Source: a virus
Direction: 5' to 3' (one strand)
Length of the DNA: 64,000 nt
UHGV virus genome: UHGV-0126725
Below the pieces are notes generated by a model that saw only the letters and a program-made list of their open reading frames with translations, was not told where the DNA came from and did no database searches. Made by a program: the position numbers and the translations under genes. Positions within the stretch are counted from its first letter, which is position 1; every line of letters begins with the position of its first letter. Shown here one piece after another: positions 38,734-52,521 of this stretch.

Positions 38734-41700
38734 ATGGCTGCTGATGGTCAGATTACGCTTGGTCTTGATATATCGCAATCTACTGCACAAATTTCTTCTG
38801 ATCTTAATGGGATATTAAAAAGTTTAGGTGGCAAAGAAATTGTTGTTAATATTGCAACAGAAAAAGCACAAGCACGAAAAGATATTGAATCATTAGTAAA
38901 GGAAGTTAATTCTAAACAAGCAACGCTCGGAGTTAAAATTAATGCCAGCGATATAAATAAATCAATTTCACAACAGCAGAAATTAACAGCCTCTATTAAA
39001 AATGCACAAGAATATGTAGCGTCTTTAGAAAAAACATACTCTAATTTGGGAAGCAACAAGGCAGCACAAGGATTACAGAATGCTATTGATAATTTAAAAT
39101 CGTCTTTAAATAACGATGGAAAACTAACTTTAAATGAACAGTGGACTTCTGTTAGTAATGCAATATTAACCGCAAAAGATGCTGTTAGTGCATATAAAAC
39201 AGAACTGTCTGCCATTCAAAAACAGAGTGCTGCGCTTGATAAAATAATAATTGGATCAGATTCAATGGCTGGATACGATTTGATAAGCAACTCTACCAAT
39301 GAATCTGTTATTAAATTAAAGAAGGATCTTGTTAGTTTATCAGAAGAAGCAAGGAAGATGAAAACAGAATTATCATCTATTGATTTCAGTGATGATAATC
39401 AGGTTGAAAATTTCCAGAAGAAATTAAAGGATTTACAAACTGAATATAAAAATTTATCAAAAGAAGCAAAAACTTTTGAATCATCTTCTAATTTCGATAA
39501 ATTCCAAACAAAAGTTGAGAATTTACGTCGCAGAGTAGAAGAATTTGCAACCGCATACAGTTCAATTAAATCTAATCCTAAACTTTCACAAGACTTAGAT
39601 TCAATTAGGAACAAATTAAAAAGTATTAATACGGAATCTGATTTAAGTGCTGTCCAAAAAGATTTTGCTAATTTATCAGCCGAAGTAGAAAAGGCAGGAC
39701 TAAAAACACAAACTTTTGGAGATCAATTAAAATCTGTATTTCAGAATTTTTCTTATATTTTTAGTGCCAGCAATGTCATTTATCAACTAATTGGATCATT
39801 TAAAGAAATGGTACAAAATGTAATTGCACTCGATTCGGCAATGGTTGAATTAAGAAAAGTAACGGAAGCAACAGATGGAGAATTTGATACATTTTTAAAT
39901 AATGCTAAAAGTGAAGCTGTTGAATTAGGCAGCACCGTAACAGATCTTGTAAATGCTACAGCAGATTTTTCAAGATTGGGATTTTCTTTAGATGAATCTG
40001 AAGAACTCGGTCGTGTCGCAACAATATACTCCAATGTAGGAGACGATGTTGATAGCATTGATCAGGCTACAACAAGTCTTATTTCTACTATGAAAGGCTT
40101 TGGACTCGAAGCAAGCGATGCAATGTCTATCGTTGATAAATTTAACGAGGTTGGTAACAAATTTTCAATTTCTTCTGGCGGTATTGGCGAAGCCTTGCAA
40201 CGTTCAGCAGCTTCTTTTGCCGCTGCAAATAATACAATTGATGAATCTATTGCGTTAATTGTTGCAGCAAACAATGTTATCCAAGACCCCGACACTGTTG
40301 GTACAATGTGGAAAACTGTTACAATGCGGATTCGAGGGGCAACCACAGAATTAGAAGAAGCAGGACTTGAAACGGAGTATATGGCTAAAAGTACAGCCGA
40401 TCTTCGTAAGCAAATAATGGCACTGACAAATGTTGATGGCACCGGCGGTTTTGATATCATGCTGGATGAAGATACTTTCAAAAGCACTTATGATATTATA
40501 CTTGGGATTGGTCAAGTATGGGAACAGATTTCAGACATCGATCAGGCTGCATTACTTGAACTATTAGCCGGTAAGAGACAAGGTAATGCACTTGCCGCAA
40601 CATTGTCAAATTTAGAGGATTTGCAAAGTGCGTTAACTGTATCTGAAGAATCTGCTGGTTCTGCTATGAAAGAGCAAGAGATTTGGATGACAAGCCTTGA
40701 AGCAAAAATTAATCAATTCAAAGCATCTTTTGAAGCTCTTTCAAGTACAGTTGTTAATTCTGATTTTTTAAAGGGAATTATTGATCTTGGGACTGAATTA
40801 ATTTCAATATTAGATAATGTTATCCAGTCTGTTGGTGGTATTGGAAATGCTCTTTTTATTGTTTCTGGAATTATTGCATCTCTAAATTTATCAAATATAA
40901 TTACATTATTTACCAAATTGGGATCTTCTATTTTTAATAGTAGTTTTGTTAAGGGAATACAGGCAATTCAGGCCGGTTTAACTGCGGTGATTACTAAATC
41001 GCAAGCTGCGGCTTCTGCTTTTACTATGCTTGGCGGCGCAACAAGTGTGGCGACTGTTGGATTAACAGCTCTTGTAGCAATTATAGGTGTTCTTATTACA
41101 GTATATCAGAAACAAAAACAAGAAGAAGAAGAAATTCGACAATCTATCATTGAAAATGCGGAAGCAGCAAATGAGTCAACACAAAACATTCAAGAGCTTA
41201 TTAGTAGTTATATTTCCCTTTCTGAAGAATTTAAAACAAATACTGGTGTTAAAGATGAATTGGAAGCCACTACACTAGAACTTGCTGAAGCTTTAGGTAT
41301 TGAAAGCTCTGCTGTACAGACGCTAAAATCAGATTATAATTCTTTAACAGATGCTATTAAAGAAGCGGCTATTGAAAAATTACAAACCGATAGAACGGAT
41401 TTGGCTGAAGGTGTTAGAGTTGCACAAGAGGATGTATTAAATGCCGTAAAAGACCCAACTATTGATATTAATGGTTTTTGGAATGATAATTATAATTATG
41501 ATACCATGAAGATGCTCGATGAAATGGGACTTATAAAGAGCAAACTATATGGGCCAGGAGGCGGCAGTATTTACTTAACTGATGCCGGAGATCTTTCTAC
41601 TATTGAAGGCGTAATTGCATCATATGAGTATATGGAAGAGATTTTAAATGCCATTACAGACGAATATGGTCAGCAAGCAGCATTAGAGGATGAGACATAC

Positions 41701-44700
41701 AATACAGTTTATCAAAAATACAGTGAATTAGGTACAATTATTGATGATTATTATGATAAAGTAAAGGCTTACAATAACAATTTAGCAACTGAAACTTTGA
41801 TTTCTGAAACTCTTGGGAAAGATATTCCAAGGACACAGGAAGCAGTTAATGCTTTACAACGAAGCATGGCCGACAGCTTGTTTAATAATCCTAACTGGAT
41901 TGGCGATAAAGATGAAATCTATGATACTGTAAATGATCTACTTAGTCAGCAAAGCTGGTCTGATGATTTTGTCCTTAAACCAAAAGTTCAATTAGAATTT
42001 GAAGATAATTTATTAAAAAATTCAAATCTATCAGATATGATTTCTAATTCACTCGAAAAATTCCAAGATTCTTCAGGGAAACTTGACATAGAACGTTTAA
42101 TTGATGTTGGGGAAATTTATGAAGAATCTAGCAAAAAGAATAACAGATATGCAGATTTAACAGAGGAAGAAGAAGCATATGTTAATTTGAAATTTGTCAT
42201 GGATCAATACGGTCTATCTGTTGATCAGTTGGCAGATTACTTAATTGAATTAGATTATGCGAATGGGATCGTTCAAAATTCTTTATCTGCGTCTAATATT
42301 GCTTTAGCAGACTTAACTTCTCAAATGAATGATGTCAATTCAGCTTCTGAAGTTGTCAGTAACGCTCTTTCAGAACAAGCTACAAATGGTTATTTATCGG
42401 CAGAGTCTTATAATTCTTTAATTTCATTAGGTAATGAATATGCTGATTGTTTGGAATGGAACGGTCAAGCTATTGAATTAAATAATGAAAAAGTTCAAGA
42501 ATTAATTAAGTCTAAAAATTTAGATATAAAAGCTTCTCTTGAACAATCGAAAGCACTGGATACCCAAACTTGGTTGGGAAAAGTTTCTGAATTGGCTGAG
42601 TTGGAATCAAGATATGATACATTAACAGATGCTGAAAAAGAAGATTTAGAGATTCTACAAGAACAAACTCGCGCATTAGCTGATAATATTCAACAATATC
42701 AGTTACTTATATCTCAACTGGACTATGCCACAAGTGGCTACAAAGCATGGATAGATGCTCAGAGTCAACCCGAGAGCGGAGAAATGTTTGATTCTGCTAT
42801 TTCTGCTTTAGATGACTTGCAAAAAGGTTTTGAAACTGGCAAAACAGGAGTCGAAAAATTTCAAAGTGCAATGGATTTCCTTGTTCCAGACGATGTTATT
42901 GATCAAGGACTTGATGCAGTTCAGCAATATCTTTCTGAAATAGAAACGTTGCTTGATGGTACAAATGGATTTGAGGGGCCTAAAGTATTTTTAGATAAAG
43001 CTGTTGAGGCAGGTCTTGCGGAATATAGTGAAGATGGTACTCATTGGGAACTAAAACCCGGTGTTTCTACAGATGATTTAGTCGAAGGGCTTCATATGAC
43101 CAAAGACTTGGTGTTGGCTACTATAGGTGAGCTAGAAGAATACAGATTTGAATTCGATTTTCTTGATGAAGATCCAACAGCAGCTTTATTAGCAATCCAA
43201 GAATTAATAGATGCAAAGGCAGAACTACGAGATATTGAAGCAACAAGTGGAGTAGATTCCAGTGAATATGTTGAAGCACTATCTAATGTCAAAGAGTTGG
43301 AACAAGAAATCAAAAGTTTACCAGAAGAAACATTGGCACAAATTGGTATTGAAATTGATCCTGAAACTCAAGAACTTTTATATAATGGAATAGAAATAGA
43401 TGCCACAACTGAACTAGATTTTGGTAAGAGTGAAATCGAGCAGCTAATCGAAGATTATCGTGTTGCATTTCAAGAGCTTCAAGAAGATCCCGGAAATTTA
43501 GCTGCTAACGAAAGAGTAAACGAGCTTCGTACATCGCTTGAAGGATTAAGCGATACTACTAAGCAAGCATTTAATATAGATACTTCTTTGTTTGATTCTG
43601 GTATTGCTAGTATTTCTGAAACTCTAAATGACTATAAAACTGCATTGCTTGAATTGGAACAGGCAAAAATCAGTGGTGAAGGTGTTGATGAAGCACAAGA
43701 GAAAGTAGATTCTTTAAAATCTACAATAGAAAACATTCCCGATTTAGAGCTTAAAACAAATATTGATCTTGATACGCTTGAAGAAGATCTTCTTAGTGAT
43801 GATTTTGAATTAGAATTAGTGGAAGTTCCTGTAAGTGCCGATACATCACAATTACTAACAGATATTAGTGAAGCAGAAGATAAAATCCAAGAGATACAAT
43901 CAACTCCTGTGAAAATTGATGCTGATACTTCCATAGCTGAGAAAAAAGTTACAGCACTCGATCAAAAGGTTGATAGTGTTGATGGGAAAGTAGTTACGAT
44001 TAATGCGGATACTGAAAAAGCTGAAGATAATGCAAATAGATTATACGTTGCAATTGATCGGATTAAAGGTAAGACAATTAAGTTAAGCGTAAGTGTCAGC
44101 GGACAAAGTGCTTTGAATACTTTGAAGAGTACGCTTGATTCTATTAAAAGCAAGACAGTTACCGTTACAACAAAATATGTTACAAAAGGAAACGGTTCAG
44201 CCGATGCTGGTGGTAATGAAGGAGCCAAGAAAACAGAAGTTGCTTTAGGTGGCGAATTGGGACAAGAAATTGTTGTTGATCCTAAAAGAGGCACATGGAG
44301 AACAATTGGTGATAATGGAGCAGAATTCTTCCAAATTCATAAAGGCGACATTGTTTTTAATGCTGAACAAACAAAAGAATTACTAACCACCGGTAAAGTT
44401 CAAGGTCGTGGCAAAGCATATTTAAATGGAACCGCTATGGTTAGGGGTGGCGGTAAGTTACCCTCATCCTCTTCATCTTCGTCATCGTCCTCTTCGTCTT
44501 CATCTTCATCATCCTCTTCATCATCTTCTTCGCATTATAATAGTTCTACAGCAAGTCAAATTCAGGCAGCAGCCGACGCAACAAAATCTCTTGAAGAACA
44601 GTTAGAAGATACTCTTAAAGAGATGCAAGAACTTATGGATGATTTAATTGGAGATTATGAGCATCGAATTTTTCTTATGGAAAAGAACGGTGCCAATTAC

Positions 44701-47700
44701 TCTGAAATTATTCAGGTCTATAGGGAAATGCAACAAGCCGTTCATGATCAGTCAGAAAAATATCGAAAATTAGGTCTTGAAGAAAATTCTGATTATATCC
44801 AAGATTTACAAAAGCAATGGTGGGACTATGAAGAAAATATTCAAGATCTGATCATCTCCAGTTATGATGATGTCGTTAAAGAGCATGAAAATTCTATTAC
44901 ACTAACACAGAACTGGCTAGATAATGCAATTGCTTCTGGTGATCGAGGTCAAATTACACAATACATCAATGATATCATAGCGTATTATAAAGCAATGCAA
45001 GCTGAAATACACGAACAGGCAGAGTATTACCGTTCGCTTGGATATTCAGACACCTCAGATGAAGTATCTGAATTGAGTGATTTGTGGTGGGATTACTATG
45101 ACGAAATTAAGTCTGTTTCAGCGGAAGCTTGGCAACAGGTACTTGACAATACGAATGATGCGTTAGATGAAATCACAGGATTGTACGATACTCTAAAGAA
45201 TGCTGCTCAAGAGTATTCTGAGAGTGGATATATCACAATTGACACTTTGCAGGACATTTGTTCATGGGGTATCGAATACCTTGCTTATCTGAAGGATGAA
45301 AACGGACAACTCGTTATTAATGAGGAACGAATTCAGGAAGTTATAGCTGCCCGCACACAGCAAATGGCAATAGAAACTGCTTTAAATTATATTCAGCAAC
45401 TTCGGGAAGCAGCAACAAATAATGATGTTGCCGCCTTAATGAATCTGACAACAGCAACAAATAATGCGTCGAGTTCTACATGGGATTTGGTCTATGCACA
45501 ATTACAATTATTAGGACTAGATGCTCAACAGTATAAAAATGCTTTGGATCGTATAAATGCGTTACGTTCTTTGACGGATACAACTGTATCTGGTATTGGT
45601 AAAATAGATGGTGCGTTACGCGAGACTACAGAAAATCAGGCCGATGCCTTAGAGAGTTTACTTCAATATGTAGAAAATATGATCAGACAAGAGGTTCAAA
45701 ATCAAATTGAAGCTCTTGAAGAACAAGTCGATTCATATAAAGAAATAGTAGATTTGCAAAAAAAATCTTTGGACTTAGAAAAGGAAAAAGATGAATATAC
45801 AAAGACGGTTGCTGAAAAGCAAGAGGAAATTGCAAAATTACGTCAACAAATTTACATGTTGGATTTGGATGATAGTCGAGAGGCAGCGGCTGAAAAAGCA
45901 AAATTGCAAGAAGAACTTTCTGAATTGATAAACGATTTGGCAGATTATCAATCAGATCATGCTTATGATGCTGCAAGCGATATGCTTGATGATATGGCAG
46001 ATGCATATGAAGAAGAAAAGCAAAAAGAAATTGAAGCTTTGGAAAATAGCATTTCTTCTGAAGAAAAAGTGTATCAATTGGCCATAGAACGAATCAAGGA
46101 TCACTGGGATACTTTGTATAGTGATTTGATCAACTGGAATTACGAATATGGATTAACAAAATGGTTCATAAAAAACCTATTGAATTGCTGGAATATCCTT
46201 AGAGCCATATATACTACAACATACAGATGAAATATGCTGATGTGTGAATGTGAAAAAATATATGGATTGGACAATCAGCAGCCAAGCCCCGAACAGGGGA
46301 AGGTTCAACGACTATCCCATAAGGGAGTAGGCCGCAAGCGGTTGGCGGTCGAAGCGGTAGGTATTCAGAAATGAATAAAGATATAGTCTGTTCTCACGGG
46401 AAACCGTGAGCTTTTTATTGCACTATATGTAGCGAATATTGTGAAACATAATTTATAGATTGTTTAATTTTGTAAGAAAGGAGGTGGAGACATGAAAGAA
46501 TCTGGAATCTATAAAATAGAAAATATAGCAAATGGAAAGGTGTATATAGGGCAAAGTTCTTGGTTGAAGAAAAGAATGAGTGTTCATGTTTGTAAATTGC
46601 GAAATGGAACACATAATAATGTTCATTTACAACGATCATGGAACAAATATGGTGAGGACTCTTTTCGATTTGATATTGTGGAGAAATGTGATGCTGATAG
46701 ATTAGATGAACGAGAAATTTATTGGATTGATTCTTTTGATTCATATAGAAATGGATATAATCAAACAATAGGTGGTGGCGGCAATAGAGGTTACACATAT
46801 TCAGATGAGGTTAAGCAAAAAATGCGCAATCATCATGCGGATGTTAGTGGTGAAAATAATCCTATGTATGGCAAAAACATTAAGGATTATATGACTGAAG
46901 AAAAATATCGAAAATGGAGAAAAGCGATTGCTCAAAATCGCCCATCCATGAAAGGTATACCTAAAAAGAGAGAATCAGTTATTAAACAGTCGCAATCTCT
47001 TAAAGAATATTATAAATCACATAAACATCCATCGCTTGGGAAAAAACGTTCTCCAGAAATTACACAACGGGTCTTGGAAACCAGGATAAAGAATGAGAAC
47101 ATAAAATATTATGGAGATTCGTGTTCTGCAAAATCTGTTGTTTGTTTAAATACTGGGATTATATATGATAGTCTTAAAAGGGCTGCCGAAGATGTACATA
47201 TATCACCAAGCCAGATTTCTCAATGTATCAATCATTATAAAGGTCATCATAGTGCTGGTATCGATAATGATGGGAACCGCCTTGTATGGGCTTTTTATGC
47301 AGAATTCGTTGAATTAACTCAATCAGAAATTGATGATTTGATTGAAGCAGCGCAACATCCAACTTTGGGATTCAAGAATGGAAATTCTAAAGCTGTTCAA
47401 TGTATTACAACAGGAGAAATATTTGGTTCTGCAAAACAAGCTGGAGAAAAATACAGGGTAGACAACAGTTCAATTTTAAAATGTTGCAAGGGAATCATGA
47501 AGTTTGCTGGTAGAATTGATGACACAAAATTGAAATGGAAATATATTTAACAATCTATAATAAGCTGTTACAAATGATGAGATTACTTCTGCTTGGGATG
47601 CTGCAAGTGCTGCTGTCCAAAAATATGGAAGCTATCTTGATGCCGTTCTTGAAACGCAGAAGCAACTAGCAGAGTATGAATCTGGATCTGGGTCTGGTTC

Positions 47701-48406
47701 CATTGAAGATCATGATTCAAATAGTTCCTTAGGCAATGTTGGCGATTATGACACCAGCACTGGAACAATAATGGCGATTGTCCATAAAATGAAAGAAAAC
47801 TCTGTAGCACACCATAGCGCAGATAAAGCGGAGCAGAATCGTTTAGATAATGAGAATATTAGTTTAGGTAAACAATTACAGGGCTTGATTGGGCGCGTTG
47901 TTATTCGCGGTGGTGACGGAGTATGGTATTTGGATCGGGTTGGTGGATCGAAGCTTTATGAAACTTATCCGTATAGTACGTATCATACTGGTGGATTTGT
48001 CGGAGATACCACGTTAAAACAAGACGAGGTATTTTCTAAATTAAAGAAAAATGAGCTTGTCTTAACGGAGGAACAACAAAAGCCGATATTTTCTGTGTTA
48101 AATTTTGCAGAAACAATGCTTGGAAGGTACGGCGAATTGTTTAATGCAGTTTCTAATGGAGATTTGCTTTCTTCGAGAATAAATGATCAAATTAAACAAA
48201 ACGCTCAATCTATTCAAAATGAAGTAAATGATAACTATAGTCTCACAATCGCTCCACATGTTCAAATTCAAATTTCTGACAATATCAAAAATACATCTGA
48301 TGCACGTAGACTTGGTAGAATTGCTGGTGAGTCCGCTATTTCTACAATTACAGATGCTTTTGCTAAAAAAGGTAAAATTCCTATTGGGAAATCGTTAAAA
48401 CCATAA
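38734..48406 (+). CDS. Tape measure protein, two exons (38734-46153, 47565-48406), 2753 aa spliced
   Basis: TP901-type TMP core (LDSAMVELRKVT...ADFSRLG); splicing gives WNYEYG-S-VTNDEITSAW in frame. Confidence 0.9.
46154..47564 (+). mobile_element. Group I intron, 1411 nt
   Basis: P AATTGCTGGAA, Q AATCAGCAG, R GTTCAACGACTA, S AAGATATAGTCT; P1 with U-G pair; terminal G47564. Confidence 0.93.
46492..47550 (+). CDS. Intron-encoded GIY-YIG homing endonuclease (NUMOD3/NUMOD1-like repeats)
   Basis: SGIYKI...VYIGQS, ENNPMYGK. Confidence 0.92.
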   Translation: MKESGIYKIENIANGKVYIGQSSWLKKRMSVHVCKLRNGTHNNVHLQRSWNKYGEDSFRFDIVEKCDADRLDEREIYWIDSFDSYRNGYNQTIGGGGNRGYTYSDEVKQKMRNHHADVSGENNPMYGKNIKDYMTEEKYRKWRKAIAQNRPSMKGIPKKRESVIKQSQSLKEYYKSHKHPSLGKKRSPEITQRVLETRIKNENIKYYGDSCSAKSVVCLNTGIIYDSLKRAAEDVHISPSQISQCINHYKGHHSAGIDNDGNRLVWAFYAEFVELTQSEIDDLIEAAQHPTLGFKNGNSKAVQCITTGEIFGSAKQAGEKYRVDNSSILKCCKGIMKFAGRIDDTKLKWKYI

Positions 48407-48435
48407 GGAGAGGGGCATGTCCCCCCTCCCCTTTT
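48407..48435 (+). terminator. Intrinsic terminator
   Basis: GGAGAGGGG...CCCCCTCC followed by T run. Confidence 0.55.
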
Positions 48436-48481
48436 ATATTAAGTCTGCAAAGAAGAGTCCATAGGAAAGGAGGTTAATGTA

Positions 48482-51400
48482 TTGGTTATTAATTTTTCAA
48501 AAATCAATTTAACAGAACGTCCTTGCTTTATTTTAAGAAATTTGGATGGCACGGCAATTGGATATTTAAAAAACATTCTAAATCCAACAGGAAAGCTTTG
48601 TTATAACGAAGTGTCTGAAATAAATTTTGAATACCCTTCGCAAATTAATGGAGAAAAATTGGACGAATACGATCTCTTGACCGGAATGAGAATTATAGAT
48701 GTTCAAAACTTTGGCTTGTTTTTGCTGCGAAATCCTGTTGAAACGGACAATGGCATTGTTAAGAGAAAAGAATGTACAGCATATTCGTTAGAGTATGAAT
48801 TAACTAATAAAAATATATCGCTAGAAGAAGGAACGTACAATTTTTGGAATCCACTTACTCCAGATAGTACAATTTTGGGGATTATTTTAAGCGAAGCAAA
48901 ATCGTGGAGTGTTGGAACTGTATCAACAAATTTAATTGGAAAATACAGAACATTTAGTGTAGATAATAGAAATATATATGATTGGATGAAGTCAGATCTA
49001 CAAGAAACATACGGATGTATTTTTGATTTCGATACATATAATAGGAAAATTAATGTCCGAAGTATCAATGATATCGTTCTTCAAAAGCCTGTGTATTTAT
49101 CAACTAAAAATCTCATTAAAGAAATTGAAATTGAAGAGAATACAGATGATTTAGTAACTGCTCTTGATGTTTATGGTGCAGATGGCGTGACTATTCGTAG
49201 CGTAAATCCTATGGGTACAAATCGGATATATAATCTTGATTCGTATATGAATAGTAATTATTTTTCTTCCCAAATTATAGAAAGATGGACGCAATGGAAA
49301 TCAACATTTGAAAGCTATCAACAAACATATTATCAAATAGTTGTCGCCAGAAACATGCAGATTAGTCGATATACTGTTGAGGAAGGTATATTGGCAGATT
49401 TACAAGGTGAATTACTTGGACTGGAATCAAAAAAGGCAGTTATTATACAAGCAATTGCAATAGATGAGGCTGTTGAATCTGAATTGCAAGCCATCAATGA
49501 TGAAATTGATGCCAAGAACACAGAAATAAGCAAGCAGCAAGAGATTTTAAAACAGGTACAGGATGAAATTGATAGCTACTCTGAACAATTAAAAGAAATT
49601 AATAATAAAACCTCGTTATCTTCATTTTTTAGTGATGATGAGCTAATAATTTTGGATCGTTATTTTAAGTGCGGCTCCCTGACAGATAGCACATTTGTTG
49701 CAACGACAACAAATTCGTATGCTTCTGATACAAAGACCGTTAGAGATATTTCGTCTATCTTTAATATCACAGAGATTACCTCTATAACTAAAACGCCATA
49801 TTTAGATGATATTACTTTCTATATTATTCACGGTGGCTCTATTAACTTTAGTAATGCAGACATATCTTTAAACGCAGAAGTTGTTAATGGCACTTTACAA
49901 GTAAATAACGATATGTCTTTTGTGTTGTCTTTATATTTAAATCAAGGATCTGTGGATGACACTGATTTTTCAGGTGGAACCCTTTCAATGACAGGCACAC
50001 TTTCGACAGATGTCATTAGTACAGATACTTCTATACAATTTAAAACTACATCTTCAACCATATATATGACACAAGATGTAACTGAGTATCAGAGAATGTC
50101 TGTTGAGCAAGAACTATTTGAGTATGGTTATGAATATTTGGAACGATTATCTTCCCCGACATACTATTTCTCTGTTTCAAGTGCGAACTTTTTAGCTCTA
50201 AATGATTTTATTCAATTTGCCAATGAATTTGAATTAGGCGAAAAAGTATATATACACACTAGTAGTGGTGTACTTACACCTATTGCAGTTGCCGTATCTA
50301 TTGATTTTGATAATTTATCTGATTTTACAATTGACTTTGGTAATTCATTCTCTTTAAATGATTCGTCATTTAAGTTAGAAGATTTGTTAGATCAAAGTGT
50401 TTCTATGGGTGCTTCTCTTGATTTTAATCAATATAATTACAGTAATTTTGTAAATAGTGGTGCTAAAACACAGGTTAAAAATTTCATGACTAATGCCATT
50501 GATACCATGAAAAATCGCATTTTATCTGGGGATCAGGAGCAGATCACTATAGACCGGGCTGGTTTGCGTTGCAGAAAATATGACGAGAATAGTGGAACTT
50601 ACAGCCCTAAACAAATTTGGCTTGCTCATAATGCATTGATGTTTACTAATGATAATTGGGATTCTGCAACAATTGGTATTGGGGAATTTATAGACAAAAA
50701 TTTAGGAAGTATGTTCGGTATCGTTGCTCCTGCTATTGTCGGTACTATTTTGGCTGGATCACAACTCGTTATTGAGAGTGAAAAACAAGATGGTGATGTA
50801 GCAGTTTTTAAAATGGATGCCGAAGGTTGTTCTCTTCATAATGCTTCTTTTAATTTATACGGCAATACAACTGGAAGAATTGATCTTGGTGCAACATATG
50901 GAATTATCGGTGGAAATGATAAAAATATAATGTTTGATTATGATTCAAATAATCAGCCGATAGGTGTTAGAACTGAAAATGGAGAAACAGTTACTCGTAT
51001 TAGTGAGCTTGATTTGGACGATGCACCTAATGCAAATTTTTGGATCGATATGTATGGAGACGTATACTTAAAAGGAACTATTGATGCCGTATCGGGTGTT
51101 TTTCGTGGTTCTTTAGAAGTTGGTGGAAGCACAGCTTTTCGTGTTGATAAGCAAGGCAATTTAAAAATTGGAGGTACTGATACCAATCCTAATTTCTCAG
51201 TTGATGCTAACGGTAATTTGGTTTCAAAATCTGCAAATATTAAAGGACGTATTGATGCCTCATCTTTATACATAAATGGGAAGAATATTCTAACAAATTG
51301 CGATGATGGATCAGCGACGGATTCTTCGCAAATTGCATCTAAGTATTTAGAGTTGTATGGAATTACAATTTATAATGCTTCTACTGGTGGTATATCATTT

Positions 51401-52318
51401 TCAGTAAGTGATTCTGGTGCTGTAACTATAAACGGTAATGTAACAATGGGTGCCGGTTCATCAATCAACTGGGCAACGGTTCAAGAAATTAATCCTACAA
51501 GCAGTTTAGCTTACGTTCGTGCAAATTCTGCATATAATTTAGCTGATAATGCTTTTACAAATGCAGGTAACGCATATGATAGAGCCGATGCTGCTATAAG
51601 TGACGCTGCGTATGCTTTAAATTTTGCTCAAAATAATGCTTGTAATGATAGGAATATATTTAGTGTTTTAACTAGCGGTGGAAGTAAATTTGGTATCTTT
51701 AGTGACTCTGATTCAAATAGACTTTTACTTAACGCTAATTATATTCGTTCCGGAACTATAGATGCCGATATAATTACTCTTGGCAGTAGTTGGGGTGGCT
51801 TCTGCTGTGCTGTTGGAAATGATGGAATTAATAATACGTATGGTGCAATGATGTATGGATCAAATTCACAATATTATTTTATTGCTACCAACCTTGGAGT
51901 TCGTATGCAAGCTAGGAATACAGGCATAACATGTATGGCTACAAGGATTGCTGCCGATGTCCCCATTGATGTTGATTCTGATAGACGTGCAAAAAATAAT
52001 ATATCTGACGATTTAAGTAAATATAAAAAGTTTTTCATGTCGTTAAAACCAAGTTATTTTAAATATAATAATGGAACCAGTGGCAGATACCATATTGGGT
52101 TTATTGCACAAGAAGTCGAAGATGCTCTCTTGAATTCAGGAATTACAACAAAAGATTTTGCTGGAATTGTTCAGTCTCAAGGGGACAATGATATTTCAAG
52201 AGAATATGATAATCCATATTTCTTGCGATATAACGAATTTATTGCGTTAAATACATATATGATTCAGCATCTTTATAAGCGAATTGATAAATTAGAAAAA
52301 ATTGTTAAAGGAGAATAA
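48482..52318 (+). CDS. Tal/tail spike with C-terminal intramolecular chaperone (peptidase S74)
   Basis: Hub-like N-terminus; SDRRAKNNI...GFIAQEVE...LRYNEFIA. Confidence 0.8.
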   Translation: MVINFSKINLTERPCFILRNLDGTAIGYLKNILNPTGKLCYNEVSEINFEYPSQINGEKLDEYDLLTGMRIIDVQNFGLFLLRNPVETDNGIVKRKECTAYSLEYELTNKNISLEEGTYNFWNPLTPDSTILGIILSEAKSWSVGTVSTNLIGKYRTFSVDNRNIYDWMKSDLQETYGCIFDFDTYNRKINVRSINDIVLQKPVYLSTKNLIKEIEIEENTDDLVTALDVYGADGVTIRSVNPMGTNRIYNLDSYMNSNYFSSQIIERWTQWKSTFESYQQTYYQIVVARNMQISRYTVEEGILADLQGELLGLESKKAVIIQAIAIDEAVESELQAINDEIDAKNTEISKQQEILKQVQDEIDSYSEQLKEINNKTSLSSFFSDDELIILDRYFKCGSLTDSTFVATTTNSYASDTKTVRDISSIFNITEITSITKTPYLDDITFYIIHGGSINFSNADISLNAEVVNGTLQVNNDMSFVLSLYLNQGSVDDTDFSGGTLSMTGTLSTDVISTDTSIQFKTTSSTIYMTQDVTEYQRMSVEQELFEYGYEYLERLSSPTYYFSVSSANFLALNDFIQFANEFELGEKVYIHTSSGVLTPIAVAVSIDFDNLSDFTIDFGNSFSLNDSSFKLEDLLDQSVSMGASLDFNQYNYSNFVNSGAKTQVKNFMTNAIDTMKNRILSGDQEQITIDRAGLRCRKYDENSGTYSPKQIWLAHNALMFTNDNWDSATIGIGEFIDKNLGSMFGIVAPAIVGTILAGSQLVIESEKQDGDVAVFKMDAEGCSLHNASFNLYGNTTGRIDLGATYGIIGGNDKNIMFDYDSNNQPIGVRTENGETVTRISELDLDDAPNANFWIDMYGDVYLKGTIDAVSGVFRGSLEVGGSTAFRVDKQGNLKIGGTDTNPNFSVDANGNLVSKSANIKGRIDASSLYINGKNILTNCDDGSATDSSQIASKYLELYGITIYNASTGGISFSVSDSGAVTINGNVTMGAGSSINWATVQEINPTSSLAYVRANSAYNLADNAFTNAGNAYDRADAAISDAAYALNFAQNNACNDRNIFSVLTSGGSKFGIFSDSDSNRLLLNANYIRSGTIDADIITLGSSWGGFCCAVGNDGINNTYGAMMYGSNSQYYFIATNLGVRMQARNTGITCMATRIAADVPIDVDSDRRAKNNISDDLSKYKKFFMSLKPSYFKYNNGTSGRYHIGFIAQEVEDALLNSGITTKDFAGIVQSQGDNDISREYDNPYFLRYNEFIALNTYMIQHLYKRIDKLEKIVKGE

Positions 52319-52320
52319 CT

Positions 52321-52521
52321 ATGAATAAAGACGATGTTTGCCAGAGGATCAATGCGGTTTGTAAAACATTAGATGGAGGAATTACTGTGTCTGGTGTACA
52401 AAATGCCGGAAATCTGGCAGGTTGTTTTTCAATTTTACAGGAAACATTAGCCTTCTTGTCAACGTGTGAAATTATTCCTCCAAAACAAAAACAAGATCAG
52501 GAGGATAATAAAACATCCTGA
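52321..52521 (+). CDS. Hypothetical protein
   Basis: AGGAG RBS. Confidence 0.65.
   Translation: MNKDDVCQRINAVCKTLDGGITVSGVQNAGNLAGCFSILQETLAFLSTCEIIPPKQKQDQEDNKTS

Noticed and set aside
47771..48406. Independent gene
   Set aside because: No RBS; the frame is open back to the 3' splice site, so it is TMP exon 2.
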